The notes under the pieces are model-generated. The model was not told the origin of the DNA. It was given only the letters and a program-made list of their open reading frames with translations, and did not search any database. The position numbers and the translations under genes are program-made. A stretch of DNA of 63,244 nucleotides, filler included, from Bigelowiella natans CCMP2755 (taxonomy: Eukaryota; Protista; Cercozoa), in the NCBI GenBank assembly GCA_000320545.1. It is 4 parts of 4 records of this genome, joined end to end, with 100 filler letters (N's around TTAATTAATTAA, not from the genome) between each part and the next. Parts side by side here need not be neighbours in the genome. Positions count along the whole stretch, not along the records: positions 1 to 24,336 come from ADNK01000433.1; 3 more parts are not named here. One strand, written 5' to 3'. Position 1 is the first letter of the stretch. Every line of letters begins with the position of its first letter. Below are positions 1-13,899 of this stretch, in pieces.

Positions 1-42
<42 letters not shown>

Positions 43-539
43 TGGACATGTATATTTAGTATAAATATTATGATTACTATTATTTTAATTCAGCAAAGAA
101 ATTCTGTGCGATCGATCTTGCACTGATAGTTATTAATACACTAAAATCGTAATTTTTCATCGCTCAAATTACCCATGATAAACAAGGGAATCTTTGTAAC
201 TGGTTGACCATCCATCGCATGCCGTTGTTAATACCGATATTGTGCTGCATAGAATCATCCGGTACGCACGTACACATATAGCTAAAATAACTTTCAATGT
301 GACTGCGTGTGTACCGTAGACGAACAAAATTGCGAAACTCAAAATTTTATTACACGTTGTGTGTGTGTGTGTGTGTGTGTGTGAAAAGAGGCATTATTTG
401 GAAGATCTGAAAGCAAAAATAGCAAATACACACACACACATACACACACACACTCACACTCACACACGCACACACGCACGCACAGCAACATATACATACA
501 GACAGACACAAGCAAGAACGCAAACATCAGCACTCACAT

Positions 540-682
540 TTTATCCTTCTTGAGCTCCTCCAGCGTGATGGTGTGCAGATCCCACTCGATCACTGATGTC
601 GCTTCCCCCATGAGCTGGAAAATGGCAGGGAGGCAGGGAGGGGGGAGAGGAGCATATCCATCACTATCAACACCTTCATCGT

Positions 683-720
<38 letters not shown>

Positions 721-1332
721 TTGTATCATCCCACAGCTGATAGCATAGCCAGAGCACCTGTTCTGGATGGAGATTGACGCACATGGCCGTATTGTAGTAG
801 TAGTCCGCTAGTTCCTTGTGATATCTGCGAGTGAGTGGTGTTGTCGATGTTAGATCCGTTGTTAATATTGCGACGATTGTGGTGATTAGTGCACGATGAT
901 GACGCGGTGCCGCCAACAAATACTCTTCATAGCTCATAACAACAACGAATCACGCGGATGTAGTCGCAACGCCACGAAGATGCGGAAGAAAGAAACCAAC
1001 ACAGAGAAAGGATGTTACGAGTCGTTTTTGGAGACAACATGCTGTTATGGAAAGACATAATGGCTGAGGGGTGGGGGAGGCAGCTTTACGATGGCGTGAG
1101 CACGTTCATGTCCACCATATACTTGTTGCGTGCAAGCTGTAGGAATGTTGACCATTCCTGCCTGATCATCGGTGTATCATGAATTATGTGTGAGTGAGAA
1201 AGTCTCATCTACCATCATCGTATCGTTTTCAACGTCTCATCACCACCACCACCACCACCATGGTCTTCATTCCAATCGACCCCCCCCCCCCTGTACCGAT
1301 GACACTGGTATCCTCATCATTAGCGTCGTCGC

Positions 1333-1367
<35 letters not shown>

Positions 1368-1569
1368 CACGTATTACCGATCAGACTTGTCCATCTGCCT
1401 CTTTTGCTCCATGCGCTCTTTCATACCGCCAATGGCTCCGATGGCTATTCTAGCGTGCGAAGGATATAAGGCTCCTCCCTGCACCAAGCACCACCAGCAA
1501 CAAGAATTACAGGCTTAGCTTGAGAAACACTCACGTTTAATTGATTGAGGTCGAAGTCGTCACCATCAT

Positions 1570-1610
<41 letters not shown>

Positions 1611-1795
1611 GCGCTTCGTTTAATAGTGTTGTTGTTCGAATGGGTGTCAGTACCGGTTTCATAAGGTTGTCGCGTGCCCAGATCACAGTATCAAGCATGG
1701 ACTCCCTCAGTAGGAAGCATCTTCAAGAGGAGGAGAAGGAGGAGAAAGGAGACAAGGAAGGAAAATTCAATATGATTACATACACAGGCACTCAC

Positions 1796-1840
<45 letters not shown>

Positions 1841-3002
1841 CACACACACACACACACACACACATACACATACACATACACATACACATACACGCGCGCG
1901 CGCGCGCGCGTACGCACACATTCACTCACACGAGCACAAGCGAACTAATTTCCCAAAAATCATCGAAGTCTTTCACAGTTCCCACCACCAATGGAGAAAA
2001 TAACACGCAATCTCCACTACTACCCCATCCACTCCGAAATGATGATGTCAGCTTTAACGTCGAGCTTGACTTCTTCGGCCTTCCCTTGAATCACCCTGAC
2101 AATTTATAATGTGGTCATTGCAGCACATCGACGCGCATTTGACGGTGATAATGACTCTGAAAATTGGTGGGCGAGGAGGACCGATATTCGAACCGTCATA
2201 TCATATGTGTGCGTCAATAAAACTGTGTTGCGCTGTTGCTGGGTGGTGGCTTCATGCTGTCCAATTGGTGCTCGTACGTGATCGCTTTCGCGAGGCCGTT
2301 CGCCTTAACTAATCGCCGTGCGTACAGAGCCATTTCCGTAGCCTGGGTTGTTGCCATGTATACCCACATAAGCTACTCAGCAATAACACTGACGATGGGC
2401 TTTGAATGTGTGTAAAATTGACACGTGTTTCTGAAGCGAACCTCTACTGCGTAGACGTGGCTCGCACCCGCTTTCGCAGCCCAGATAGAAAGGATTCCGG
2501 TACCTGTGTGCATGGAGCACATGCTTTTTCAGGAGGCACAAAATCTGCCTTTTGGGACTGCCTACGTACTACAAGATGCTCGATTACTACCCGCGCCAAT
2601 GTCGATAACGACTTTGTCTCTGAACGAGTCCTTATTCGCCATGATGGCCTCCATGTATTTCTCCATCCGAATGGTGTCAACCAGCATCTGCAAAACCATT
2701 AACATTTTGAAATCATCGTATTACGGGTCCGAGAAACTTGCAAAATATAAACACATCATTTCCTCTCATGATCTTTAATGTAGTTAAATCCAGGTACATC
2801 TCAACAGGTACGTCTCCCAATACGGGTTGCTGATATTTATCTGTTGCATTGAATTAGCAATTGCCTGCTTCTGGTGATAAAGTTCCGCATAAGCGCAGAA
2901 ATAGTTGGCGTAATCAACTCCATCGGGGGCGGTAGCCTTGACGACGTCGGCCGCGTCGGCGTCGCCATTTTTCATCCCAGCGTCAGCTTTCCGGTCTTCC
3001 AT
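540..3002 (-). CDS. PRMT10: Protein arginine methyltransferase, PRMT10-like; multi-exon, probably continues past the left edge
   Basis: Spliced translation VDYANYFCAYAELYHQKQ|MLVDTIRMEKY...VIDIGAG|TGILSIWAAKAGASHVYAVE|ATEMALYARRLVKAN...DIIISEWMG|CFLLRESMLDTVIWARD shows SAM motif I, post-I and the double-E loop. The N-terminal YFCxYxxLYHQKxML resembles plant PRMT10. ATG at 3002; first intron is GC-AG. Confidence 0.9.
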
Positions 3003-3549
3003 TCGATGTGCAGAACAAGAACTAAGAGGATCAGCGAGCAAGTGATCTGAAATTCATCTACAATTTTGGCGAAAGTAATGCTCAAATGAATGTCTCTACC
3101 AATATATTCAGGGTATTCTAAAGTTTTCTCAACGTCCGCAGCTAATCTTCCGATCTAGGCAACTACCACTTTATATGTCCGAGGTCGTCGATCACGAACG
3201 CCATGGATTTTGTCCTGTATTCGCAACCATTCATTTTCCAGATTAAAATTTGAGACAGTGAAAGCTAAACTATGTAAACTTTATCTCTTTAAAAATATTT
3301 TATCGAGACGTATGTATATTTTTATATCGCTTTTATGAAAGAATGCCAATGAAGATGAGAGACTCTAACGTGATAACTCTGACGACCAAAATTTTCAGAA
3401 TATACTTCCAATAAAAATGCTACGAGGAAGTGCTAGATCTCAAGTATTTCGGCTAAATACGACCTTACACGATGACGTAAATTAAAATTACAGGATATTG
3501 AATTAGTCAAGTAAATAGTTTGACGCACATTGAGGTTGAGAATCTAACA

Positions 3550-5650
3550 ATGGGAGTCGAGAAGAAGCCCGCCGCGAAGGCTGAGGACCCCAAAAAGAAA
3601 GCAGAGGAGGAGAAGAAAGAAAAGAAGGAGGAGGTTAAAGAGAAACCTATCCCCAGAACTCCAGAATCTGGTACATTATTTGAATGACTGTTCCCTAGCT
3701 AAGATGTCTACTGGTGGAGATACCTTCCTATCATTTTGCGTGAGGAGTCGCGTTAAAATTTCAATACGAAATGAGCATTTTTCCCTTCTCTGCTACATCA
3801 CATGTAAACCCACGCTTTCTAATTGATTATAAAAGCTAAATGGTGTCTTAAGTGTTCTCATATGTTATTTCTCGTACTCGGAAGCAAAAGTCGAGTGGCC
3901 TGAGTCGAGCTACTCCTGTTTTTTGCGTATATATTTTGCACAAATCATAGCCTAGAAAATTGACTGATAGTCTGATCATACACATCGAAATATTTACATG
4001 GACTTCAATCTCAATCTGTTACTTAACATCCTCAGAGCTGAAGCTTTCGCTGGTGTTAGTCGCTAAGGGCGTAAAGACGTTGCAAGGCGTCCACATCTCC
4101 CGCGCGCTTCGCAAGACGTTCTGGTTGCGAAAGAAGATGACCAAAGCGCTACTTTTGAACATCTTAAATACATACGTGCCTAAGACTGATAACCGCCAAT
4201 TCCTTGTGGATTACGTCAATGCGGTGGTAGAGAAAAAAACGGATAATGAAATGGAGGTGGAGGGTAGCGAAACAACTCCTGCGCCTGCTGCCGCTGCAGC
4301 TGCATCCCCAGGAATGGAAGTTGAAGGGGCGACAACGGTAGATGACTTCGAGCTGCTGCCTGAAGCTCTCGTCTTTCTAAACCTTCTAGTCGTTATTTTC
4401 CTCATGGACAACGGCAAGACGAAAGAGGTAGGATTAGCAATAGCAGACACACTGATATCCCTCACATGCACAAAAGAGGTAAGGGGGGGGCATGTACGTG
4501 TTAGCAGCAGCAGAGCTGTTGTCGTAGAAGAGATATGATGGCATTAGTAAAAGGTCTGATTGTCGGGAATAAGAGAAAAACTGCTGTGCGGAGGGGTCGT
4601 GTTAAGACTCACACACGCGCCGCTCCCGCGAAACTTTCTTACAGCTTCGATCGTCGTTCATTATTGGCATCGCACCTTAAGGACCCCTGTGTGGTGTATA
4701 AGGCCGACGAGAAAAATGTCTCAGTCCGTATAATTTTTCCAATCTTGCCCCCGTGGGCGTGATGAGAAAAAACGGTTGAAGAGCGAATGAGATTCCCTTC
4801 ATATATGATCTCAATAACATAATATTGAACTGATCCGTAGCGACTTGCCTGTTGTCACTGCTGCAGTTGCTGCCCGCCTCCTCGTAGTAAAAAGAAAAGA
4901 ATGGAGAGGAATTTCCCTCCATTTGTCATCCCTATGCCCATCTATACGTGCACAACGCGATTTTTTTATCTGTGCGTGTGTTTGTGTGTGTGTGTGTGTG
5001 TACTCACCGACGTGTAGGCAACCAACGTGGCTGAGCAAAATCTAGAGATGATCAAGAGGCACAACAAGCGCACGATGGACCTGATATCCTCTCGGCTGTA
5101 CTACTACTACTACATCGCACACCACAGGATGGGGAATCCAGGATCCATTCGAAATAGACTCCTTGCCATGTATCGATCCGCATGCTTGCACCACGACGTA
5201 CCTGGCCAGGTACTAATATGACCTGCTACTAACTAGCAGCTATTTAGTAGTAGTAGTAGTAATAGTAGTGGTGGTGGTGGTGATGGTAGTGGTAGTTGTG
5301 GTATTAGTAGTAGCAGACCCAACACGACACGAAAATGGCGGAAAGAAATTTACAGTCGTCCTCCCACAAATATCTTCCCCTTTCCCTTAACCCTCCTACC
5401 CCTCCCCTCCCCCTCCTCCCAGGCTGTGCTGCAGAACGCGATCCTTGCCAACTACCTGCACTATAATATGTATGGCCAGGCGGAGATGTTCATCAACGTA
5501 ACGACGCCAATAGAGAGAGATAACAACCAGTACGCACGCTACTTGTACTACACGGGGAAGATCAATGCCGTTCAATTGCACTATAGCGACGCCGAGGAAA
5601 ACCTGTCGCAGGTATGGAGACAGCATGAGAAATTTGTGCAGATGACAGTT

Positions 5651-5704
<54 letters not shown>

Positions 5705-7002
5705 TGTGTGTGTTTCTTGGTATTGGGTGGTGATGCTACCGTTGATACACACCTCTTCGTGCTCTCTTGAAAGATTATCGTCATACTCTTCATCATCATT
5801 ACCATTCACTTTGCATCTGACCCCCACTCTCCTCCTCCTCCTCCTCCTCCTCCTCTTGCATCCATCTGCAGGCTCTTCGAAAATGCCCAAAAGCAGCTGT
5901 CGGCTTCCGTCAGACGACAACAAAGCTGCTCTGCATCGTGCAGCTGCTTATGGGGGACATTCCGGAACGTTCCATGTTCTTTGAAAAGGATTTGAACAAG
6001 TCTCTCTTTCCTTACTTCAAGCTCACACAGGTAGCTGCTGCTGCTGCTTGCTAATGCGGAAGGAAATGATAATGATGTAAGTAGTGCTATTTAGCCTGCT
6101 ACAGCGTGAAAAGTATCTTAAGAAAATGTTGGATACATATGTGGTTTTAATATCTGAAAGGAGTATGGTGTGGGGTTGGCAGGGGTGGCAGGGGTGGCAA
6201 GCTTCATCGTTCGTCATCTCTCATTATCACCAGCCATTCCTGTAGCTCCTCCTCCTCCTCCTCTTCACATTAAATGTTAAAAAACTACCAACTACAGGCG
6301 GTTCGCGATGGAAGCTTGCAGGTCTTTACCCAGGCCATCAAGGCGCACGACAGCGCATTCAAGAAGGACGGCATGTCGTCGCTGATCACGCGGCTGCGCC
6401 ACAATGTGATCAAGACGGGCCTCCGCAAGATCTGCATTTCATACTCAAAGATCAGTCTGGCCTCCATCTGTGCAAAGCTCAACTACGACTCCGTCGAGGA
6501 TATCGAGTACATTGTGGCCAAAGCCATTCACGATGGCGTGATCCACGCCGTGATCGATAGAAAGGCTGGCTGCTTGATGTCGAAGGAAAACCTTGACGTC
6601 TACTCCTCGGACGAGCCGGCGAAGGTCTTCAACAAGCGGATCAATTTCTGCCTCAAGCTCCGCAACGAGGCTGTGAGGGTCAGCAGCAGCAGCAGCAGCG
6701 GCCATTGTTCAATTTTCTTCCCTCCTCCCCTCCCTCACCCTCCTCCTCCTCCTCCTCCTCTTTGCGCTCCTGGTTCACTCAAACCCACGCACGCTCTCAT
6801 CATTTGTGGATTTTGTCAGAATATAATTCATGTATGTGTTTTGATATATTTTAATGTGAGTCTGATTCAACCATTTCAGGCCATGCAATATCCTCCCGAT
6901 GCACATAAACCGAAGAGGGAGAAGGAGGCCGAGGAAGCTAAAGAGGCAAAGGATTCCAAGGAGGAGGAGGAGGGAAAAAATAAGGGCAAAGAAAAGAAAT
7001 AG
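3550..7002 (+). CDS. RPN3: 26S proteasome lid subunit RPN3/PSMD3; about 7 exons
   Basis: Exons near 3550-3670, 4037-4427, 5018-5208, 5423-5611, 5872-6030, 6298-6678, 6881-7002 give NNQYARYLYYTGKINAVQLHYS, VQLLMGDIPERS, RLRHNVIKTGLRKICISYSKISL, IVAKAIHDGVI and AMQYP. Confidence 0.95.
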
Positions 7003-7313
7003 GCGAGGCAAAGCTCTGCATATTAATTTGAGAAGGGGATTAAGCCGCGAGCAGACATCATAAATGTTAATGCTTGTTCGTATGTACATCCATCTCTAGC
7101 AGGGTAATTTGTAGTAGATGATACATGCAGGTAGTTCTTTTCTGTATGGCTATTGCGATAAGATACTCCCATCAGCCTAGCGAATTAATCACATGTCAAT
7201 GCAATGATCATGAGCAGCCATGCTAGCATGTCTAGATGTAATATGTAGATCCAGAGATCGATAGTCTTGGAAAGCACTAGCGTACATGTATGTAGATCCA
7301 CACTCACACACAT

Positions 7314-7347
<34 letters not shown>

Positions 7348-7474
7348 TCTAGACGATACGCAGCGGCTTAACGGCGCGCCATACATATTGCTACATTGGC
7401 CGGGGCGATAATAAATGTTAACGCGCGTGTATTGCTAGATTGCGCACGGTGACATAGCTCTAAAACCTATATTA

Positions 7475-7520
7475 GATGTAAGACGGATGTAATTAATCAA
7501 TTAAATTTGTTCAATGGTCA
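7475..7520 (+). repeat. Dispersed element core, copy 1
   Basis: GATGTAAGACGGATGTAATTAATCAATTAAATTTGTTCAATGGTCA, matching the copies at 21041-21090, 30921-30972 and 41737-41775. Confidence 0.85.
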
Positions 7521-8048
7521 TCCTTATATGCTAGTATGTGTAGCTATGCAACATGCAACGCTAGGACGTAGCTATCATCACCGTATACCCATCTAGCTAG
7601 CTAGCTATAGCTGTCCTGTCATCCTGACACATCTAGACATAACGATAACACACGTACGCACTAGTCATATCTAGCATGTGCTGCTCAGATGCTGTAGTGT
7701 TGCTAGGTTGCTAGCTAGCTGCTAGGTTGTCGCAGATATAATGTAGCACATGTGACACTGCATGACTGCAGTACGTGCGATACATTCTAGTTTTCAGACA
7801 GCGTAGCAACATCTCTCCTACTAGCCTAGCTAGCTAGCTGTGATGCGTCTAGATCTAGTAGATATGCTAGCTAGCTAGTGGTGGTAGTAGCATTTTGTTA
7901 TCCAAATTATATGCCTCGCATATCACAGTAACAAGAATGGCCCAGCTAGCCGGCATGGCATGATATACGTAGCAAACGTAATGAACATAGCAAGTGTAAT
8001 GAACACATCTGACGTATACACACATACACAATTACGTACACACAACAC

Positions 8049-8083
<35 letters not shown>

Positions 8084-8405
8084 TAAGATATGCTACTATG
8101 TCTGTAATCAGATGACGCGCAACATACAAGCCTAGATATACTGGGATGTCTAGATGTTTATTTATTGAAACTGTAAATCTAGTGCGAAGCATCGACACCG
8201 CACTCACATCAGTAGCTGCAATTAGATCCATGCAGAAAGAACAAAAAACAGTATATGGACGCTGCACTCTCAGGGTGGATTCTCATCTAAGAAACTCCAT
8301 TTAAACGGGGTGCGAGTGTAGCCATCCGTGCATCAATTTCTAGCACTAGTAGCAGCAGTACATATCCCCACACGCTGGGATCGTTCTCCCTGGCACCGCG
8401 CTCAC

Positions 8406-9070
8406 TTATCGCGCAAGGGCGAGCTTCGGTCTCAAGCGGGTACGGAAGGTCCTCTTATCATTTTTCTTGCGTTTGGCGCGGCGCACGTCGCTGTTACGAT
8501 GCTTCTTTTTCTTCCGCGCCTCGATCTCCTGCTGGCGCCGAACCTCATTTTGGGTGCGGAGGTAGTCCTGTGTAAACTGGTTCCAAATTCCGAAGAACTC
8601 CTTCCAGCTGTTGCCGCAGCCGGCGTTGCTACCACCTCCGCCTGCGCTGTGACGATGCTGGCCGAAGTAGCCGCAAGTGTCTCTGAAGCTTTGCAGTGCC
8701 GACTTAAACTCCAGCTGGAGCGCATTGAACCCCTTCTCGGCGTCCCGGTGGAAGCACTGCACGCGCTCTAGCGCCTCGCCCCCCGCCTCGAAGGTCTTGA
8801 TGCAGCCCTTGAGGAAAGTCAGCTTGGAGGCCATCATCTGCATGCTGGACTCGAGTGCGTCTACGTCGATGCGCACTGCGTGAGGAACCTCCGCCAGATC
8901 GCGAAGCATCTGCATCAGTGAGTGTGTGGTGATTGCAAGCAGCGGCGGCAAAGGAGATGTCAGTTAGGCCCTCCGGGGATTGTTGAGCATCATGGCGGAA
9001 AGCATTTGGGGGGGGGAAAGTGGAAGTGTTGAAAATGATTTGTGATACGATGTGTGTGTGTGTGTGAGAG

Positions 9071-9109
<39 letters not shown>

Positions 9110-9781
9110 GTGAATAAGCTGGCGCGCGGCTCAAGCTATCAACACACATCCCGTACCCGTCCAAGTAGTTAATCAAAGAACAAATTTACCTCCTCTGCCA
9201 GCCCAGGTTTCTCCTTCTGCAGATGCGTAACAATGTACCCTAGTAGTGAGAGCTTCTTATCGTATGCCGACCGAATCGACACCAGCATCGGCAGCGTGCT
9301 CAGCTTGAACCCATACACATAGCCGCTCTTTCCCGTATTCATGAAATTGCCTAAGTTTGGATGTCAGAACTAGTGGGTGCTAGCGGATGATGCACGGGTC
9401 GATGCTTGGGTGCCGATTGTGAGGTTTGGTCAATATGATGAATCTCTTATTATTGTCAGTACTTGCGATGGTAAATGTAATGATGTAGATCTAAACAGCT
9501 CACAGAAGAATTAGATTACAACAACAACTACTACTATTCCTACTACTACTACTACTAGTAGTAGTACTATTACTACTAATACCGAGTTTCAGAACTGCCT
9601 TCAACACGGTCCTCAGAGGGCGTGACTCCCTTATCGCTAAACATCCGCGCTGCATTCGCTTAACGCTCTCACGCACCGACTCCAGTTTTTGAGAGAACTC
9701 GGTGATCATCAAGGCCGCCTGCAGTCTGAATTTTTATTCATACACGGGAAGAAAATAAGCATGCAAAGATAAACTAACATC

Positions 9782-9817
<36 letters not shown>

Positions 9818-11284
9818 AATATAATATATATATATATATATATATATTCAACGTAGCTCCTCCCGGCAGCAGCAACAATAGCCGCATCATCACTCTTTAG
9901 GACGGGGAGGAGAGATGTATGCATCGCAAGGATCCTCCTCCTCCTCCTCCTCCTCCTCCTCCTCCTCCTGACCTTGCATTAGGCGTGGGAAGCTGGGTAG
10001 CAATGAGATTGAAGAAGCGCTCAGCTGGGTCGAGGTCCTCAGGGTTTCCTCGGTACTTGGAGGAGAGTTGGATCTCTTGCTGGCTAGGGAAGATAGCGAC
10101 GAGACGAGTCACCGTATCAGGACTGAGCACCTTCATATCCAGTCGCCGAAGAGCCCCAACAATCTGTGTATGCATATGAATTATGCTTCATATATGGGTA
10201 ATGATCTACGTTGAGGGGTAATTCATCGCACTCAAAAGGGCAGAGAGTTTGTTTTCCTGCCCCCCTTTTTCACCCCCCGCTCCTCCTCCTCCTCCTCCTC
10301 CTCCTCCTCTCATCATTGTTGGCCCACTTCACCATATGTGCAAGCACAATCACTGATAGCGTCTTTGTCGACTACTACTACTACTACTCCTCCTCCTCCT
10401 CCTACTACTACTACTCTACTCGTTATTTAGTTGGTTGGGTGCCAGAAATTATGCTGAAATATCGAAAGCAGCCTCATGCCCCCACCATCAGCAGCAGCAT
10501 CACACACACAAACACACACATACACACACTCACCTGATTCGGTTTCAGCTTGATTCCGGACAGACCGATGCCGACGTTGCACGCCTTTTTCTCGTTCATT
10601 GTGTGCAGCAGGCTACCTCGTCGTTTCTGACCGCCTGCAACGGAGGACGGTCGTCGTCGAGCGGATGAGCCACCCGAACTCCTCTTGCTCCGCCTCTGCT
10701 GGGGGGGGGTGCGCTGCTTGAACCTGCTCTCGAAGTCCTTGAAGAGGCGCCCGTGGAGGCCTTCTGAGTCGGCTTTGATCTCAGAGTGTTGCTCCTCGAC
10801 AAGCTCTTCCCATACCGAGCCTGGAGATGGAGGGGGGGGGGGGAGGAGGAGGAGCAGAAGGAAGCATGAGGGATCACAGGACATCGAGACTGCTAGTTTG
10901 CATGAATTATGATAACAGAAACATACCCAAAATCGAGCTTGGCGACAAGGCCTTCCAATGAAGTCGCTTCATCATTTTTGATGGGGGTGGGGTGGGAGGG
11001 GGGAGGGGCAAGTTGTGGACGGCTCCTCCTCCTCCTCCTCCTCTTCCTAAAAGAGGGGGAGGTGGGACCCCTGGCGGTGGAAGGATTCCCATAGGTGGAG
11101 GGGGGATCCCCATTGTGGGTGGTGGAGGGAGTCCCATGGGTGGGGGAGGAGGAATGCCTCCTGCTGCATTTTGAACGCAATGTGAGCACAGCATGCTTGT
11201 GTGTGCGTACTTCTACGCTCTTATATATGGTGTAAGCTATGCGCAACAAACATCAGTCGAGATGCTAGTGTCTGTCTTCCATTC

Positions 11285-11330
<46 letters not shown>

Positions 11331-12140
11331 ACACACACACCTTGGCTTTGATTCTCCTCTTCCTTCTTGGGAACGCTACTGTCTTTGAGATGTGCTACTT
11401 CTGGATTTAGGTTTTCTACGTCGCCGTCGCCGTCTACCACGTTCGATACGGCTCTGGGTGGCGATGGTACTTCGCCTTCCGTAAGCTTTGCGAGGAAGTT
11501 CGTCGGGGTGAGAGGAGGAGTCCCCTGGAGCCTCTTCCTGCAACAGCAACCAGAGAAGCAACAAAGATTAAACAACATCAGAAGAAGTGCCAGTAGGCAA
11601 ATGGATCTCAACCATACAATTCTTTTCCTCCCTCTCATTATCGTCACTCATTCGTTATCGCTGCTGCTGCTGCTGCTGCTGCTGTTGCAAGGAGGCATAA
11701 GAGCAACCTCAATCTTTCATTCTGGTCCTCGGCCGGCTTCTCTCCAACAGGAGTTGGGACGGGAATGAATGATGCCCACAGCTTCTCGAGACGACCTCCT
11801 TCCTGATGAGCCTTCATCAGCCCTCTTTTGTTATCCTTATCTGCTACCGGCATCATGAAGTTGTCCAATTCCGACAGAACAGCGCTGTCAGCCCTGGGGG
11901 AAGAGGGGGGGGTGATGGAATTGATCATGATGATGAGATGAGATGTGAGGCTGCTTAATGATGAGAGAAATGATCCCAAGGATAGACCCGCACACATATA
12001 ATTCGATGCACCTCCATCTACCCATCCACCCACCGACAAGATGATCTGCTACCTCTGATTCTCACGGCGCAGTTCCTCCCACACTTCCCCTTCGTTTGTG
12101 TTGCCAGGGGTTACAGGCTCCAACCTTAGCCGAAGTAGCC

Positions 12141-12218
<78 letters not shown>

Positions 12219-13121
12219 AGCATTAAGTACTTTTGTGTCTTTGGACGCTTCGATGTGGCCTGCTCTATCTCAGACTTATTCCCTCCGAGTCGATTCTGAA
12301 TACCGTTGTTCTCCTTCTCATCCTCGTAATTGCCTTCCTCCACCTCCTGTTGCTTTTGGGTTATGTGGAACGCAGGGGAGCAAGAAAGAGAGCACCCACC
12401 GCGACTATGACCATATTTGTCGTTGTCAACGAGTGCCCCTAACACTTGGGGTGTCTTCTGTGCAAGGTGTACGCGCACTTCATCCCATCTGTTTAGGAAA
12501 TTGCTCACATATATATCTTGTGTGCGTGTGTGTATTTATACGAGTCGGCACGTCTTTGCACTTTTTCTGGGGTCTATCAAAATTCTAAACTTCACTACAA
12601 TTGCTATGTTGTATTCATATCTCATCACCCGCTCTGGAGCATGCGACAGTCTGGCTTTACGATCTGAGAATGTTGTGACGTGCCGTAGGTAACAAGTAAG
12701 ATTAATCATTGCATCTCATACAGTAGAGACGAAACGCATTGTGCTTTGTTGGGCGAGTACCGCTGGGGATCTTCTCAAGTCTTTGAGCTGATGCTTGAGC
12801 TTTCTTGCGGTCGGAGCGCGCGGGGAAAACACAAAACTGCTAGACGTGCAATTGTCATTTTTGCTTGTCTCATGTATCTCCCTGGTGATTACTTCATCGC
12901 TTCCAACCATCACGTCTCTAAATTCTGTCCTCTTCTTTCTTCGTCGTCTCCTTTGCAGCTCTTCCTCCGCCGTTTCTGGAGACTTTCTCGAATATCGTCT
13001 GAGGAGATAAGAGAGGAGAAAGGATACTCAGCAGCGGCTTGACATTCACCCATACATATTTATCACCTGCTGTTTCCTCGTGTGCATGTTCCGCACCATA
13101 TGTGCTCGGGGAAGCCTCCAT
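8406..13121 (-). CDS. Formin (FH1 poly-Pro plus FH2); multi-exon, start uncertain
   Basis: Poly-Pro FH1 at about 10960-11165, then KMMKRLHWKAL...GSVW, NVGIGLSGIK, LDPAERFF, VLKL|GNFMNTGKSGYVYGFKLSTL and EFFGIWNQF, which are FH2 signatures. Confidence 0.9.
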
Positions 13122-13899
13122 CTGGGAAAGCAATCGGCGTCGGTGGTGAGCGGAAACAGGAAAAACTACACATCAATTTCAGGCGTTCAGAGCTGACCGT
13201 TTAACTTGTGGTTGCCAGTTTCCGAGGATTCGTACGAGAGGCTGGAGAACGTTGCGGCTCCCATAGTTAAACTGTGCAGCGAATGAACGTAAGAGAGGAT
13301 TTACAAAAGTAGGAACTGGATGTCCAATATGTGACGTGAAGTAAAATGCGGCGCCAACAGGATGGCACTGCTACTTCCTTGTTTGACAAAAAGGAGGAGA
13401 ATGTCACCTCAAATAATTCCTCAAAAACGTCGAATATTACTCCATCCCCCGCCCCCCCCCCTCTTTCTTATAACTACTTTCGCCTGCAAACGAAGAGACG
13501 TTGATTCGAAGATTGGATTCGTCAGTAAGTCTCTTGTGAAGATTCTCCTCAGTTCCTTGCAGTCCGAACAAAAGGGTTCGGACTAAAGGCTATTTACATC
13601 ATGCGACAACGAAATATTTGCAGTATTTGCTGTATTAGGTCCGTCAGACCTCCAACGGCTAGCACTCAGCTGAAAACTTTGCTGGAAAAGTACGAGCTCG
13701 AAATCCTGGAAATTATCCTTTTTTTGGGTAATATCCGAGATTTTGGCATGCAGAAACATATGCAACACTTTAGACATGCAAAACACACACACGAGCTCGA
13801 ATTATGGGCATGAAACATCGTAGGATTCCTCATATGTCCACTTTCGATCAACTGACATGTTGTTTTGATATTGCGACAATAAGGTGTATCGCTTTTTCA

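Noticed and set aside
7190-8270. Helitron or other autonomous transposon suggested by CTAG abundance
   Set aside because: No transposase, RepHel or reverse transcriptase ORF, terminal hairpin or target-site duplication could be identified.
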